Source: Azolla caroliniana (taxonomy: Eukaryota; Plantae; Polypodiophyta). From it: a stretch of 64,000 bases of DNA. This document shows, one piece after another, positions 12,790-26,100 of the stretch; the first letter of the stretch is position 1, and the number at the start of each line of letters is the position of its first letter. The stretch is from assembly GCA_043228905.1 (NCBI GenBank), contig JBHGNT010000007.1, positions 19,282,001 to 19,346,000 of the forward strand, written 5' to 3'. The notes below the pieces were generated by a model, which worked only from the letters and a program-made list of their open reading frames with translations, did no database searches and was not told the DNA's origin. The position numbers were made by a program, and so were the translations under genes.

Positions 12790-13400
12790 ACATCTCCTTG
12801 CCCATGGAAATGTCGATGTCCTCACTTTTAATCGAATTGCATTCACCATGTCATGTTGAGACTCAGAGTAGGTCAGAGGTCACATTCATTGCGTCTACAT
12901 ATTTCTTGCCCACAGAAATGTCGATGTCAAAACCTCACTTTTAAACGAATTGCATTCACCATGTCAGGTTGAGACTCAAAGAGTAGATCCGAGTTCACAT
13001 TCATTGCATCTACATATTTCTTGCATCCTCTTACATTTCAAATTTCTCCCCGAATAAATGCATAGATTTTGAACACAACGATTGCGTGCATTTAAACATT
13101 GTTTCCAAACAACACAATCGTCATCCATCCAGACATTTGTTGACTCAAGCTTGCAATCAATGTGCATCGAATCATAATCATTGCTCATTACATTTATGGT
13201 AACCGACGTATCCATGCCATTCAAATTTCTTCGTGACTCGAAGTATAGCTTTCGAACACAACCATTGTGCATTTAAATGTTGTTTCCAAACAACACAGTC
13301 ACCATCCATCTAGTCATTGTTTCGAGTTACAATGACTTTGCATCCAATCATAATTATTTGATCATCAAATTTGTGGTAACCAACGTACCCATGCCATGCA
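12790..13400. repeat. Two adjacent tandem duplications (~110-bp and ~185-bp units)
   Basis: 'ttgccca..gaaatgtcgatgtc..gttgagactca..cacattcattgc' x2 (12790-13025), and 'ttcaaattt..gaacacaac(g/c)attg..gtggtaacc' x2 (13035-13400). Confidence 0.8.
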
Positions 13401-13877
13401 AGCACAAACTTTATTTATTTATTAGTTTCCCCTTTGTGAGCTCGGCCTTTGTGGGAGATTGTCGCAATTGGTAGTTCGCTCCTAAAACAAGTGCTTTTTT
13501 CAACGTTTTCTAAAATACAATTGAGCAAAATGATATCATTGCGCTATTGTCCGATAAATGATCACATAAACCTTTCCCTCGCTTGATTGACGACTGGCAA
13601 CAATGATTGGATTTTAGAGCAAGCAACAAGATATCAACAAAAATATATGTTTATTTGCACAAGATATCTAGAATGGCCACGATCTCCTTTGTGTTGTCGG
13701 GTAGGAAATGAGAGAAAACATTAAAAAGTCGGTCCTATCGTAAGTTGCACATTTGGAAGACAACCTTGGTCCTTCACACTTGGCATCAAATGAAAAAATA
13801 AACATTTTCTTCTTTTCCTACGACCAACCCTATTTTTGCGTGTAAAACTAGCTTCATGAGGTATGCTAATATAATAA

Positions 13878-16114
13878 TCTACATTAAAGAGTTAAAAAGG
13901 CTTTCTTCCACATGGGAATGCTTAAATGTCCTCAATTGTAGTGTAAATGGAAGTCCCTAGGTCCTCACAAATCTTAAAAGTCTACTTAACTTTAATTGTT
14001 CAATTTGAAATTTGTAAATGTGCACATGCCACAAGTCTTGCAAATCTAAGAAAACTTTATATTGTAAAGTATACTTCTAAATGGATCCTCAAGACATGAG
14101 TTGAATGCATAAATTGCAAACTTGTCTAGAACCCGACTAATGATCATATCAATCTAACAACAAAATTACCATCATCCATTTAAAAACCCTAATTTAAATT
14201 GGTCAATCCCATCATTAAATAAATTAGTTTTGTAAAATATTTGAGAAAACGATTAAGAAATTGGTAACCTCATTCATAAAAGAGCTCCATGAGGGGAATG
14301 CAACAAAGGTAAGAATCTTTGTTATGTTCATCACAAATGTGGCAAGTTGGTAATGTTTGATGAGTACTTTTGGCCTTAGTAGGCTGTAGATGTTGATCAT
14401 AGATTAAAAGAAATATATGATACATGCAAAGAGAATACTAGTTCAATGTTGAAATCAATGCATGTATTAGTTATCCTAGTGTTTTTGCCATGATGTTAGT
14501 TATCACCTACTCAATTCATTTTTGCTTCTCCCGTTACCTAACCTACTATTTATGCCACCAATGTGTAGAAGAATATGGTGTATCCATCTCGCTCAACATA
14601 CGAGCATTTAAGATCTACATACTATTGGTTTTCAACAATATCTCGATCTTCAACTTAACTTTATTATGTGAAGTGAGACTTTTCATACGGTGCAAAATAC
14701 AATGTGGGTTGCGCTTTTATGACTATGACCCATCTAAATGTGACAGAGAGTGAAGTTGTTAATTGACAAGAATAGGTTTGTTGGACTTTCTTGTTTTGAA
14801 AATTCATAAAAGACAGCAAGGGTTTGTTGAGATTCATTGTTGTGGACACATACACACACATACACACATCGTGGGCCCATGTGTGAAGAGTCCTTCTCGG
14901 TACATGGGTATACATACATGCACCATTGTAATAAATGGATGGGAGATACATTATATGGAATGAAGTGGATATTCTAAATATTCCACTCACTCTCCTTTCA
15001 TTATAGATTGATGCAAACTTTTATGTAGGTACAGAAAATGCTCTTGAAAAAGCTAAGCCCTCCCATCTTCATTTGGTTTCCTATATAAAGTTGTATCAAT
15101 TTTGAAGCCTTTACAACTCGAGACAAATGCTTACCCTCATTTCCCAACATTCTTGAAGTGGAGAGTACCACCAATTTAAAGGAATTTGCATTCCTGTCCT
15201 TGTCACTTGATTGGAGCTCCTGTCTATTTGCTACCACATCAAATAGGGGTCGCAAGGTAATCTCGGCAATGGATAGCAAAGAGAAAGCTTAAAGATTTGT
15301 GTGAAATTTGCACCATCAAATCAATGTAGACTTGAAAGCGTGTGAATCATAGGTCTATTATTTTTATCTTGGTTAATATTATATAACCCGATAGTCTTTT
15401 TATGTAGGCACTATATTCTAACACAACTTTATGTATCTAACTTTGTGTGTTATTTCTAAGCCGATTAATGTTTTCTAACCTAGTCATATTTCTAACCCAA
15501 CGTTCAGTATCTAACTTGCCTATTATTTCTAACCTAACCATATATTCTAACCAAATGATCTACATACAACCTGATTGTTTATTCTAACATGTATATCTAC
15601 ACTTAACGTTGCACTAAATTTGAATATTAATGTGTAGAATTTGAAAATCATGGAGCACCAAACATTTGTACATTGTTGTCATATCGGTTTCACGTGTTCA
15701 ACACATAAGCAGAGATTAACGACTATTTTGTGGAAGAGAAAGATTGGATATTTGAGGATGATTTTGAAATCGATGAAACATCATTAGATTCCGACTCCTC
15801 ATTGAGGTTCGAAGATGAGGATTTTTAGCACAAGATTAATGAAGCATTTGGGCTTATTGGAGCCCTTGATGTTTTTTCTATCTTTTTTTTCTTTCAAGCA
15901 CGTTTCCCATGAACTTGTTTGAAAGCGGAGGGTTTCTTTAACGATATCCTTTATGCTATCATTGGCGTTTTTTTTCCAAAACAAAATATCCTTCCATTAG
16001 TTGTATAAAAAGGGTCATATGGCTGCAACATACAAAGTTCCCTCCCCCTCCCTTCCCGTCCCCTAAACCCTTCCCCCCCCCCCCCCCCCTAGCCTGTCTT
16101 GTGTAAGACACTAG
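13878..16114 (+). mobile_element. Candidate non-autonomous Helitron
   Basis: A|TC start (TCTACATTAAAGAG, 13878). 3' hairpin TGTCTTgtgtAAGACA (16095-16110) followed by CTAG|T (16111-16114). Internal 'ttctaacc' minisatellite ~15380-15600. The 5' end is weak. Confidence 0.3.
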
Positions 16115-19070
16115 TTGAGGAAACAAATCCAAAGTAGAGAAAACAATCCACTAATATCAAGCTATTCCATAAACACAATGCAAGGCATCATATCCATAGA
16201 CAACAACCAAAGTATATATATTCGGAAACAAGCCCTCGCAAGTCATAGTTATGAACCTTTCAATACTTCTTCAACTTGCTCATGTTCAACATAATCTTTA
16301 TCCAAAAAACCCCCAATGCTACTAGAAATTTTCAAGGTAGATAACCGTGTATTCCATGCATGTATATCACAGATTTGAAGGTGATTCAATATATTATATT
16401 GTCAACTCAAAAAATATGCTTCCTCTTTCCACATCAACCATCTCGCCGGTTACCACCAACTTCTTGCACATCACAGATTTGAAGGCAATCCAATACATGA
16501 TACTGTCAACTTAACAAATATGCTTCCTCTTTCCACATCCACCATCTCGCCGGTTACCACCAACTTCTTGTCATACAACAACACATTAAGTCAATTTTCT
16601 CCTCTCCTCATGAGCTTATGCTTCGGCCCCCACACCGTCATCACTCATCCTTTAAAAAACATACAAATTGCTTCGTGAAGTCCACATCAACCGTCTCGCT
16701 GATTACCACCAAATTCCTGCACATAAACAATAAAATGGTTTTAAATTCCTCATCTTCTCATGAGAATATGCTTCGGCCTCCACACCATCATCACTCATCC
16801 TTATCCAAACCATAAAAATTGTTTCGTTAAGTCCACATCAATCATCTTGCCAAATACCACCAATATCCTGCACATACAACAATACAATGAATCTTGTTTC
16901 CTCATCTCCTCATGAGAATATGCTTCGCCCCACACCCTCATCAATCATTCTTATCAAAAACATAAATTCTTCTTCATCAAGTCCACATCAAACATCTCGC
17001 CAATTATCGCTAAAATCCTATACATACAAACAATTAATGAGTCTGGTCTTCTCAAGAGACTATGCTTCAGCCCGCACATCATCACTACTCATCCTTATAA
17101 AAAAAATGAATTGTGCTTCATAAATCGACATCAACCATCTCACTCACACTAATTTACCACCAAAATCGTGTACCTACAAAAATAAAGTGACACTACTCTC
17201 CTCGTCTGCTCATTAAATCCTGTTATAGCCCTCAACACATTCATCACTCATCCTTATCCAAAATTAGAAGATGCTTCATTTTCCGCATCCAACATCTCAC
17301 CCCTGTCACTCCACATGACTGCCCTTATCACATCCGCCTCTTTTAAGTCCTTCCTGTCAAACTGTAAGTTAAAAAGAGTAAGAAGAAAAAACTATATACC
17401 TCACAATTATCTTTGAAATAAGAAAGGACTAGGAGGAGGGAATAGCCAACGTGGTGGAGCATAATTCCAACGATCTTCATGTAATTCATCCAACCAGAGA
17501 GGTATTGGCCACCATATTTTACGAAGTTTTCGCCTTTTCCTTTAATACTATCATACTCTCCCTTAATTGTGTGCATCAAGTTGTCCCAAAACATCTTAAT
17601 CATATCCACCACATTGTACTCAATGCCTTCATATTTCTTGTTGCAATGACACTTGCACCACACCTATATAGCATTAACTGAAACAATATTCCAAACAAAA
17701 GAATTTCTAAAATATTTACCACCAACAATGTTTGGATGGACTGCTTCAATTGCACTCTCTTACATACGTAATGCTTCCGCGCATTGCTCTGCCTCGTACA
17801 AAGATACCTGCACATTCAAAGACCCCCAGAAAATAACCCCCCATGTAAAAACTGCTCCCTTATATTTACAAGAAAACATCCTCAATATTCTTCCTCAATA
17901 CTTTCGAGCTACACTACAAGTCCAAAATAAATGTTTTAAAGTTTCCTCCTATACTTGGCAACACACTCAGCAGCGGTCATCGACTTGCCCTTTTAAATGA
18001 AAACCTATAGGTAAAGCATAATGAATGATTAACCACTTAAAAGAAATTGCTCTCCGCATACATGGTAAAACCCATAAACTTTTCCAAAATGCCACCATAT
18101 ATTGCTGCGATATAGCACCTGACTCCCAATACTTTTGTGTAGTAGGATTTATGCAATGGTGTTGCATCAAAAAATGTCTCCCATATGCCACAGAGTATTA
18201 AAAAAAGGGGAGAATCCTACTTACTTGTTCATTTGTCGAGGAATAGTCAACCAACCCCCATGCATAATCAGTTGGGTCCCACTTAAGATGTGCCACTAGC
18301 TTACTTTGGAATACCCATATTTGTATTGCATGATCCGCCAAAAAAGGGCTCGAATCTAAGAAAATCTTCTTGTCTAACCAAACAATAACCCTAATGGGTT
18401 TTTCGGAGGCTCATTTCATAACTTCAGCTTCTTAATCCACTAAATATAAAAGACCATCATTGTGAACCTCATAAAATCTTATTTGACCCTGATTAGCATA
18501 AGCATGAGCACCTATTAAAACACCCAAAGAAGAGAAAAGACCATACCATGTGTAAGTATTAGCCAAATTAAGTCGCCTTTGACTATTCTGAAAAGCATGC
18601 CCCACGCAAGGAAGATAAGAATTGTTTTTTGGCCTCCTCCGAGAGCATTTGAAACCACTCCTAACCAACAACAGAGGTAGCTGGTCCATTTTCCCCCACG
18701 ATAAACATGGTCTAATTCCTAAACCATAGCCAAAGCTATCAGTAAACAAAGGGTTTCATAACAACGGTTTCTTTAAAAATTGGGCTTCTATTGCTGGAAG
18801 TTGAAATAGGAGAGCCTCTCTAATGTCCTTCCATGCCCTCAAAATACCTGTAAAGAATCTCATAGAACCAACATTATGAGCCTTAATTGAAAATTCAAAG
18901 TTAAACAACCATCGAAAACTATCCTACCACTGTCCTCTTATTGTAGGTTTAATGTTACAAAGAGATAACAACCATAACTTTTTCCACAACTCATTCCCAG
19001 GCATAAACCCTCTCACAACATGCTTTGCAAGAAGGGCCTTACTCTGGAGCAAAGGATCTATTAAGCCAAG
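16115..19070 (-). mobile_element. 5'-truncated degenerate L1-clade LINE with a long repetitive 3' region
   Basis: Minus strand LGLIDPLLQSKALLAKHVVRGFMPGNELW (~18990-19070), homologous to GLGLIDPLMQSRSLLAKMVVR in the L1 at ~29500. Decayed ORF2 continues to ~17350. Confidence 0.7.
16420..17330. repeat. Degenerate ~150-bp tandem repeat (about 6 units)
   Basis: Recurring 'ccacatcaacc(a/g)tctcgc..taccaccaa..tatgcttcg..atcactcatcctt'. Confidence 0.8.
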
Positions 19071-19159
19071 TCATGCTATCACTGACGTTATCCCTTTTGA
19101 TGTGGATTTTTGCATGTTCTTGAGGGAGGGAGGGCATGCGTGCCTTTGGTTCTGGGGTG

Positions 19160-19400
19160 GTTTTTGAACGAGTTTTTGGGTTTATGTCCAAGGAGTTGTC
19201 CTTCGATGTGGCATATGTAGGACCTCCCTTAATTTGTTAGGCATTATGTGCCGTGCTATGTCATGTAGTGGTGGGTTTGGGGTGGTTTCTACATGACTTT
19301 TTTGGTTTATGTCCAAGGAGTTGTCCTTTGATGTAGCATATGTAGGACCTCTGTTAATTTGTTGGGCATTATGTGCCATGCTATGTTGTGTAGTGGTGGC
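19160..19400. repeat. ~125-bp tandem duplication in a probable LTR-retroelement 3' region
   Basis: 'ttt(t/g)ggtttatgtccaaggagttgtcc..gtagtggtgg' x2. A PPT-like AGGGGAGG followed by TGTTG lies at ~20045-20057. Confidence 0.6.
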
Positions 19401-20096
19401 CTTAATATGTGACTTGCTTGCTATCCCGTGGTGAGAGAGGTTAGTGGTGAGTAAGTTTTTACCCGACCTTTAGAGATAGGGGTAATTTAGTTATTGGGAC
19501 CCAAATTTGTGTGGCTTGGAGAGGGCTCATGTTGGTTTGCTGGACATAAGACATGGTCTCCATTGGCTAGTCTTATGAATAGGGTTAATCTTATTCTTTT
19601 GGACCCAAATTTGTGTAGTTTGGCAAACTTTTGACCTTTTGATTGTTGGATGGAAAGAAATTGGCTTTGGTGTTTGGCCAATTAGTGTTGGTTGTGAGTT
19701 AGGAGAGGGTGTGATTGGGGAACTATTTCTCGCACTCAACTCAATGTGGGTAACCATAGCTATGTGATGACTTTGTGGCAACCTTATGCTTTTCTTAGTG
19801 TTTTATGGAATCACCACAAGGGTGCTTGATCTTTATTTTTCCTTCGGTGAATATGCCATGGATGATTTGCTATTCTTCTCAGGGATTGGTGCAAGGATTA
19901 TTGAGATTGTTCCTTGTGGATCAACAATTTCATGAGTTTTCTGTTTGGGTATCCACCACAATTTCATGGTTTTACATGCTTTAGATGATGTTTTTTGGAG
20001 GTGTGAAAGGCTCTCTAGTTCTTGAGGGAAAAATATATGCCCATAGGGGAGGTGTTGCCACATATAGTTACATCAAAGCAGAAAGCTGACAATGAA

Positions 20097-20923
20097 TGTA
20101 AGACACGAGACAAAATATTTAGAGACATATGACAAGAAAACATATTGAGAGAGAAAGAATGAATTGTACTTATGATTATGTAATTGGTGTAATACACCTT
20201 AATTGAGATCAAGATGAACAATTGTATTTATACATGTTTTTGAACACTACATGTGCATGCATGTAAGACATGAGACAAAATATTTAGAGACATATGACAA
20301 GAAAACATATTGAGAGAGAAAGAATGAATTGTACTTATGATTATGTAATTGGTGTAATACACCTTAATTGAGATCAAGATGAACAATTGTATTTATACAT
20401 GTTTTTGAACACTACATGTGCATGCATGTAAGACATGAGACAAAATATTTAGAGACATATGACAAGAAAACATATTGAGAGAGAAAGAATGAATTGTACT
20501 TATGATTATGTAATTGGTGTAATACACCTTAATTGAGATCAAGATGAACAATTGTATTTATACATGTTTTTGAACACTACATGTGCATGCATGTAAGACA
20601 TGAGACAAAATATTTAGAGACATATGACAAGAAAACATATTGAGAGAGAAAGAATGAATTGTACTTATGATTATGTAATTGGTGTAATACACCTTAATTG
20701 AGATCAAGATGAACAATTGTATTTATACATGTTTTTGAACACTACATGTGCATGCATGTAAGACATGAGACAAAATATTTAGAGACATATGACAAGAAAA
20801 CATATTGAGAGAGAAAGAATGAATTGTACTTATGATTATGTAATTGGTGTAATACACCTTAATTGAGATCAAGATGAACAATTGTATTTATACATGTTTT
20901 TGAACACTACATGTGCATGCATG
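20097..20923. repeat. Near-perfect 5 x 165-bp tandem array at the end of a gypsy LTR
   Basis: Units start at 20097, 20262, 20427, 20592 and 20757. Only one difference was seen (cacgag vs catgag in unit 1). Confidence 0.97.
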
Positions 20924-22423
20924 CTTGAGAAGTTTCTAGAACTTACCAAAGATTTCTAGAATGCGCGCTTCGAAAATTTCTAGAACTTGCGATTTCTAGA
21001 ATGACAAAACTCTGAATGTATCTTGTCTTAACTACATGATGTGCTGAGATACATTGGCTATGTCCTTGGTTTATGACATGGAAGGTTGGAGGTTTGATTA
21101 GATAGTCATTGGCATTATCCTCGCTCTAAGGCCAACCTCCAAAACATTGTCTCAACTTTGGCTTGTGTGGATATCATTGATGAAAATTGAGGACTACCTA
21201 CATCAATGACATTCTTTAAATGCTTTGCCAATTCCAAGGTTGCTCTCGAGATGGGATACCTTTTCCATAGACCACAAGGTATTGAAATTGTCGATGAAGG
21301 AGGCGAGAGTCGAGTATCCTGTCGGCCTCACACTCCTTTCCTGTTGACAATTCGATTGGTGAGGGAGGAGAACGATGGTATCCCTGAATTTGAGATGGAT
21401 GGAGAGGTTCAAGAATGGATACAAGGAAGATATTATGAATCCTAAAATATAAAGTGAGTTCTACGCAAAAAATGGAAAAGGTCCCAATTACTTGTACTCC
21501 AACTTCGCGATGGGGTGAGTGGTGACAATATTTTGATTTAGAAACCAAACCAAATCATTGACTTCAAAGTTGGGGATATTTGATCGATAATGGTCAGCCT
21601 AATCATTGTATTGCTTGCCAACAAGGGTGAGCTCTAAGGCTAGGTCATGTTTTATGTTCTCCAATTTATGGGCTTGTTCTTGTACTAAAGGACTTAAATA
21701 GAGTTGGAGTAGATGGAAATGTTGAAGTGAGTGTATAAGACGTAATTTGCAAAGAATGTGGCAAACTCCGGTGGACCCATGTAGCGAGTTATTGTAGAAC
21801 ACGTTCGCGTTCACAAGTGGAAGGATCGCGCAATAATGGAAGGATAAGGAATATTACATTTGATTTTAGGGTTTTTTTTGCCATTTCACAAAACACCTTG
21901 ATACTAGTATCACATGCTCTCAAAAACTTGATGAAAAAGCTAAAATTTTCACCATTTGGTAAAATTGAAAAATGCCAAAATTTGGCCAAATACGAAAAGT
22001 AACTTTGTGCATTTTTAAGAAGAAACTACAACTAGTAGTATTTTAGATCCTAAAAAAATCATAAGCGAAAGATTTCAAAACAATCAACTTTTTTATTTTA
22101 TTTGATAAAATATTGCCTAAATTTCTTACATATCGTTGCACAAAAAATACATTTAAGAGTTTTTTTTTTTTTTTTCCAAAATGAAGCTACTTTCCCATTA
22201 GTTAGGAAGGATTATTACATAGAGAGTCTACAAGGAGACTTATACACACATCGGGGAGTCTTCCTCCGATCAAGTAAAAGAAGATCAGCCTACTTACAAT
22301 GCCTTGCGGCCTAACTTAATGTAAGAAGCTACCTATATCTAAGGTGATGGCCTTCAATGTTGCCTAGTACGAGTCAGCTCTTGGGGCCTACAACGAAGAG
22401 AGGGTGGAAGGTGAGTAGGAAAC

Positions 22424-23092
22424 TGTTGGGATTACGGTCCCTCCGGATGGGATGGTTAGATGTCCGGGAATCGGGAATGAAGACCCGAATGAGGAGTACC
22501 CGGTATCAGAGCCGGATGATGAAGACCCGGTTACGGAGCCGGATGATGAAGACCCGGTTACGGAGCCGGATGATGAAGACCCGATTTCGGATCCGGATGA
22601 TGAAGACCCCGGCTACGAAGCCGGATGACGAATGTACCCGGAGAGAGATCCGGATGCGGGGACATATTTGTGAATATGTTTGCCAAGGGCCCTCTAGGCT
22701 ATATTTGTAAATAGCCCGAAAGTCATATGTGTATAAATATGACTTAGGGCAAACAGTTGTTGTTGTTGCTCATTTTTCTATTTTCCACTTAGAGTGAGAG
22801 AGAGTGAGAGAGAGAGAGAAAGGAAGAGGTCGACGCCTCTGTGTAATACCGCCGCCTGTGGCGAGGACAGCGAGCTCAAGGTCGTCGCCTTGCAGCTCGC
22901 CATTGTACATTCCCTGCGTATAGTGATAGTTGGAGTCTTGCACTCCCGTGGTTTTTCCCGTCTAGGGTTTTCCACGCTAAACCTTGTGCACTCGAGTCTC
23001 TCTCTGTGTTTTCGATTTACTACTGCATTGATTCGCGTTTCCTCGGTTGTGGCTGGGACGGTGAAGGAATTTGAAAGCGTCAATTTCCAGCA
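22424..23092 (+). repeat. Copia 5' LTR (669 bp)
   Basis: TGTTGGG..TTTCCAGCA, with TATAAATA at ~22732 and 27-bp U3 tandem repeats. Confidence 0.95.
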
Positions 23093-23095
23093 ATC

Positions 23096-23107
23096 TGGTA
23101 TCAGAGC
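23096..23107 (+). other. Primer-binding site complementary to initiator tRNA-Met
   Basis: TGGTATCAGAGC, 3 nt after the LTR end. Confidence 0.95.
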
Positions 23108-23123
23108 GACTGCAGTGCAGAAA

Positions 23124-26100
23124 ATGGAAGGCGGCAGCAGCGGGCAGCCGGGGATGATGGTGCTGAATGCGCAGAACTACGCCGACTGGAAGATAAAGAT
23201 GGAGGATCTGCTCATCGTTTGGGACCTGTATGAACCGATCGACAGGTCGGAAATACCCAAGGGGGTACTTGAGACGGAATGGAGGCTTCTGAACCGGAAA
23301 GCCGTTGCAACCATTCGGCAATACGTCGACGTGAGCGTTCTACAACATGTGGCGAACGACACCAACGCATATGAGATGTGGCAGAAGCTGTCGGGCCTCT
23401 ACGAGAGGAAGAATGCGTTGAACCGGACCTCCCTGATGAGGAAGATAGTGAACCTCAAGTACCGGGACGGCGAGAGTATGGTGGAACACGTAAGCACGTT
23501 CATGGGATTCGTGAACCAGCTTGCGGCGATCAAGTTCCCGTTGGAGGATGCAATGCAAGCCATCATGCTGATGTGTACATTGCCGGAAAGCTGGGAGAAC
23601 TTGGTGGTGACTCTCAGCACCTCCTGCACCGAAGATAACTTGTCCTTACAAACGGTAAAGACAAGCATTTTGAATGAAGAAGCGCGTCAGAGAGATAAAG
23701 AACCGGCCTCCGATCCGAAGATGCTGCTTACCAAATCGGATCGGGGAAGACAACGGAACCGGAGTCCGCAAAGACGGGAGAAGTCGGGGACCCAGTCGCA
23801 GTCAAGAGGAAAGGCCCACATGCTTCCACTGTGGGAAGCCGGGGCACTTCCGAAAGAATTGTCGGCATTACCGAAAAGACAACGGAGCCGACGACACCGA
23901 TACGAAGAAGTCTTCGGAATGGAACGGTGCTTACCGGGGAGCCACGGACCGGAATGGTTCGGATCGGCGAGGGCAGGACCGGAAAGGAATGACGGCACTC
24001 GCGGCAAGTGAAGAGGAGATCATGCTCATCACCGAAGAAGGTGAACTAAACATTGTCGGCGATGAGACTACCTGGGTGGTCGATTCCGGAGCGTCGTTCC
24101 ACCTGACCCCGGAAAGAAGATACTTCTCATCCTACACAGCCGGTGAGCATGGCTGTGTTTGGATGGGAAATGAAGGTACGTGCCGGATTGCCGGCATAGG
24201 AGACGTGTGGTTGACAACCTTGACCGGATGCAAAATGTTGCTGAAGGATGTCCGACACGTTCCGGAGGTTCGATTGAACCTGATTTCGGCCGGGAGGCTA
24301 GACGATGAAGGCTACACAGGTAGCATCCGGAACTGCGTAATGAAGTTCAGCAAGGGGAGCCTGATAATGGCTCGGGCCCGGAAAGTCAACACACTGTACC
24401 TTATGAATGCCTGGTTGTGTCCGGAGGAGTTGAACGTGGCAGCCGACACTGCCGGTGAGCTATGGCACAAGAGACTGTGCCACATGAGTGAGAAGGGGAT
24501 GAAGAGGCTCGCAGAAGACAACCTTATTCCAGTGAAGCATGTGCACCTGGAGAAGTGCACCGATTGCCTGGCCGATAAGCAGAACCGAACCTCCTTCCAC
24601 TCAAGGCCACCGACGAGACGTAGCGCACCATTGGAGTTGCTGCACACTGACGTGTGTCAAGTAGAAACGAAGTCACATGGCGGAGCCCAGTACTTCGTGA
24701 CATTCATTGATGACCATAGCCGGAAGCTGTGGACGGCACCGTTGAAAACAAAGGACCAAGTGTTGTGCGTCTTCAAAGAACTCCACGCGAGAGTGGAAAG
24801 GGAATCCGGCAAGAAGCTGAAAGCGATACGAGCGGATAACGGAGGGGAATACCGGGGGCAGTTCAAGGAGTACTGTCGCTCGAAGGGAATCCGGCTCGAG
24901 TTTACTGTGCCGAAGACGCCGGAACTGAACAGGCTGGCCGAGAGGATGAACCGGACCATAATGGAGAGGGTCCGGAGTATGCTGGCGCATGCGAAATTAC
25001 CCAAGGGGTTTTGGGCTGAGGCAATGTCGACGGCGACATACGTGATAAACAGATCACCCTCAGTACCTTTGGACGGAGACACGCCGCAGAGAGTGTGGAC
25101 CGGTAGGGAAGTATCCTACCGGCATCTGAAGGTGTTCGGGTGTCTCGCATATGTGCATGTGGCAAAGGACCGGAGAGGAAAGCTAGATCCAAAGACCCGG
25201 CCATGCATATTCCTCGGTTACGACGATGACGAGTTCGGCTACCGAGTATGGGACCCGGTCGACAAAAAGATATTCCGGAGTCGTGATATCATCTTCATGG
25301 AGGACAAGACACTCGCCGACTGGGAGTCGGAGAAGAAGATGAAGAGCTCCAAGTCGACCGGTGAGGATCAACTCTACGAGGAGCAGTCCCGACCGGCAAG
25401 GACCGGTTAGCACTCGAGGATCCGGCCGAAGACGGTGAAGAAACAGAACCGGCCGAGGAAGATGAAACTGATACCGGAACCGGCCCCGATCCCGAAATGG
25501 ATTCGGATGAAGAGGAAACGAAGGAGCCGGTTACCGAAGCTCCGGAACGGAGATATCCTCTAAGAGAGAGAAGGGCCCCCCGGAGATTTCCGGAACCAGA
25601 GCACGTGCTGCTAACCGACGAAGGGGAGCCGGAGAGTTTTGAAGAAGCAAAGCTTGACACCCATAGCCGCAGGTGGTTAAGTGCCATGCAGGAGGAGATG
25701 GATTCCCTGCATGAGAACCACACATATGAACTTGTGGAGTTGCCGAAAGGAAAGCGGGCACTTCGAAACAAGTGGGTGTTCAAGCTGAAACCGGGAGATG
25801 CCGGAAACTCCCCGAGATACAAAGCCAGGATCGTGGTGAAGGGGTTCCAGCAGAAGAAGGGCGTCGACTTCGACGAGATATTTGCCCCGGTAGTGAAGAT
25901 GACCTCCATCCGGACGGTGCTGAGCATAGCGGCAAGCATGGACCTCGAGGTAGAACAGATGGACGTGAAGACGGCATTCCTTCACGGTGACCTCGAAGAA
26001 GAGATCTACATGCAGCAACCGGAAGGATTCGAGAAGAAAGGGAAGGAGCACCTGGTATGCCGGTTGAAGAAGAGCCTTTACGGACTGAAGCAGGCTCCCC

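Noticed and set aside
14930-15110. Penelope-like RT motif (IDTTLYRKP) on the minus strand
   Set aside because: A single short motif; the expected downstream YLH..S.HP spacing and the core RT motifs are not seen.
20097-20923. 165-bp array as CRISPR or as coding sequence
   Set aside because: The units are head-to-tail with no unique spacers and derive from an LTR end.
22794-23123. 110-codon N-terminal extension of copia gag
   Set aside because: It starts at a GTG inside the LTR and crosses the PBS. ATG 23124 is the plausible start.
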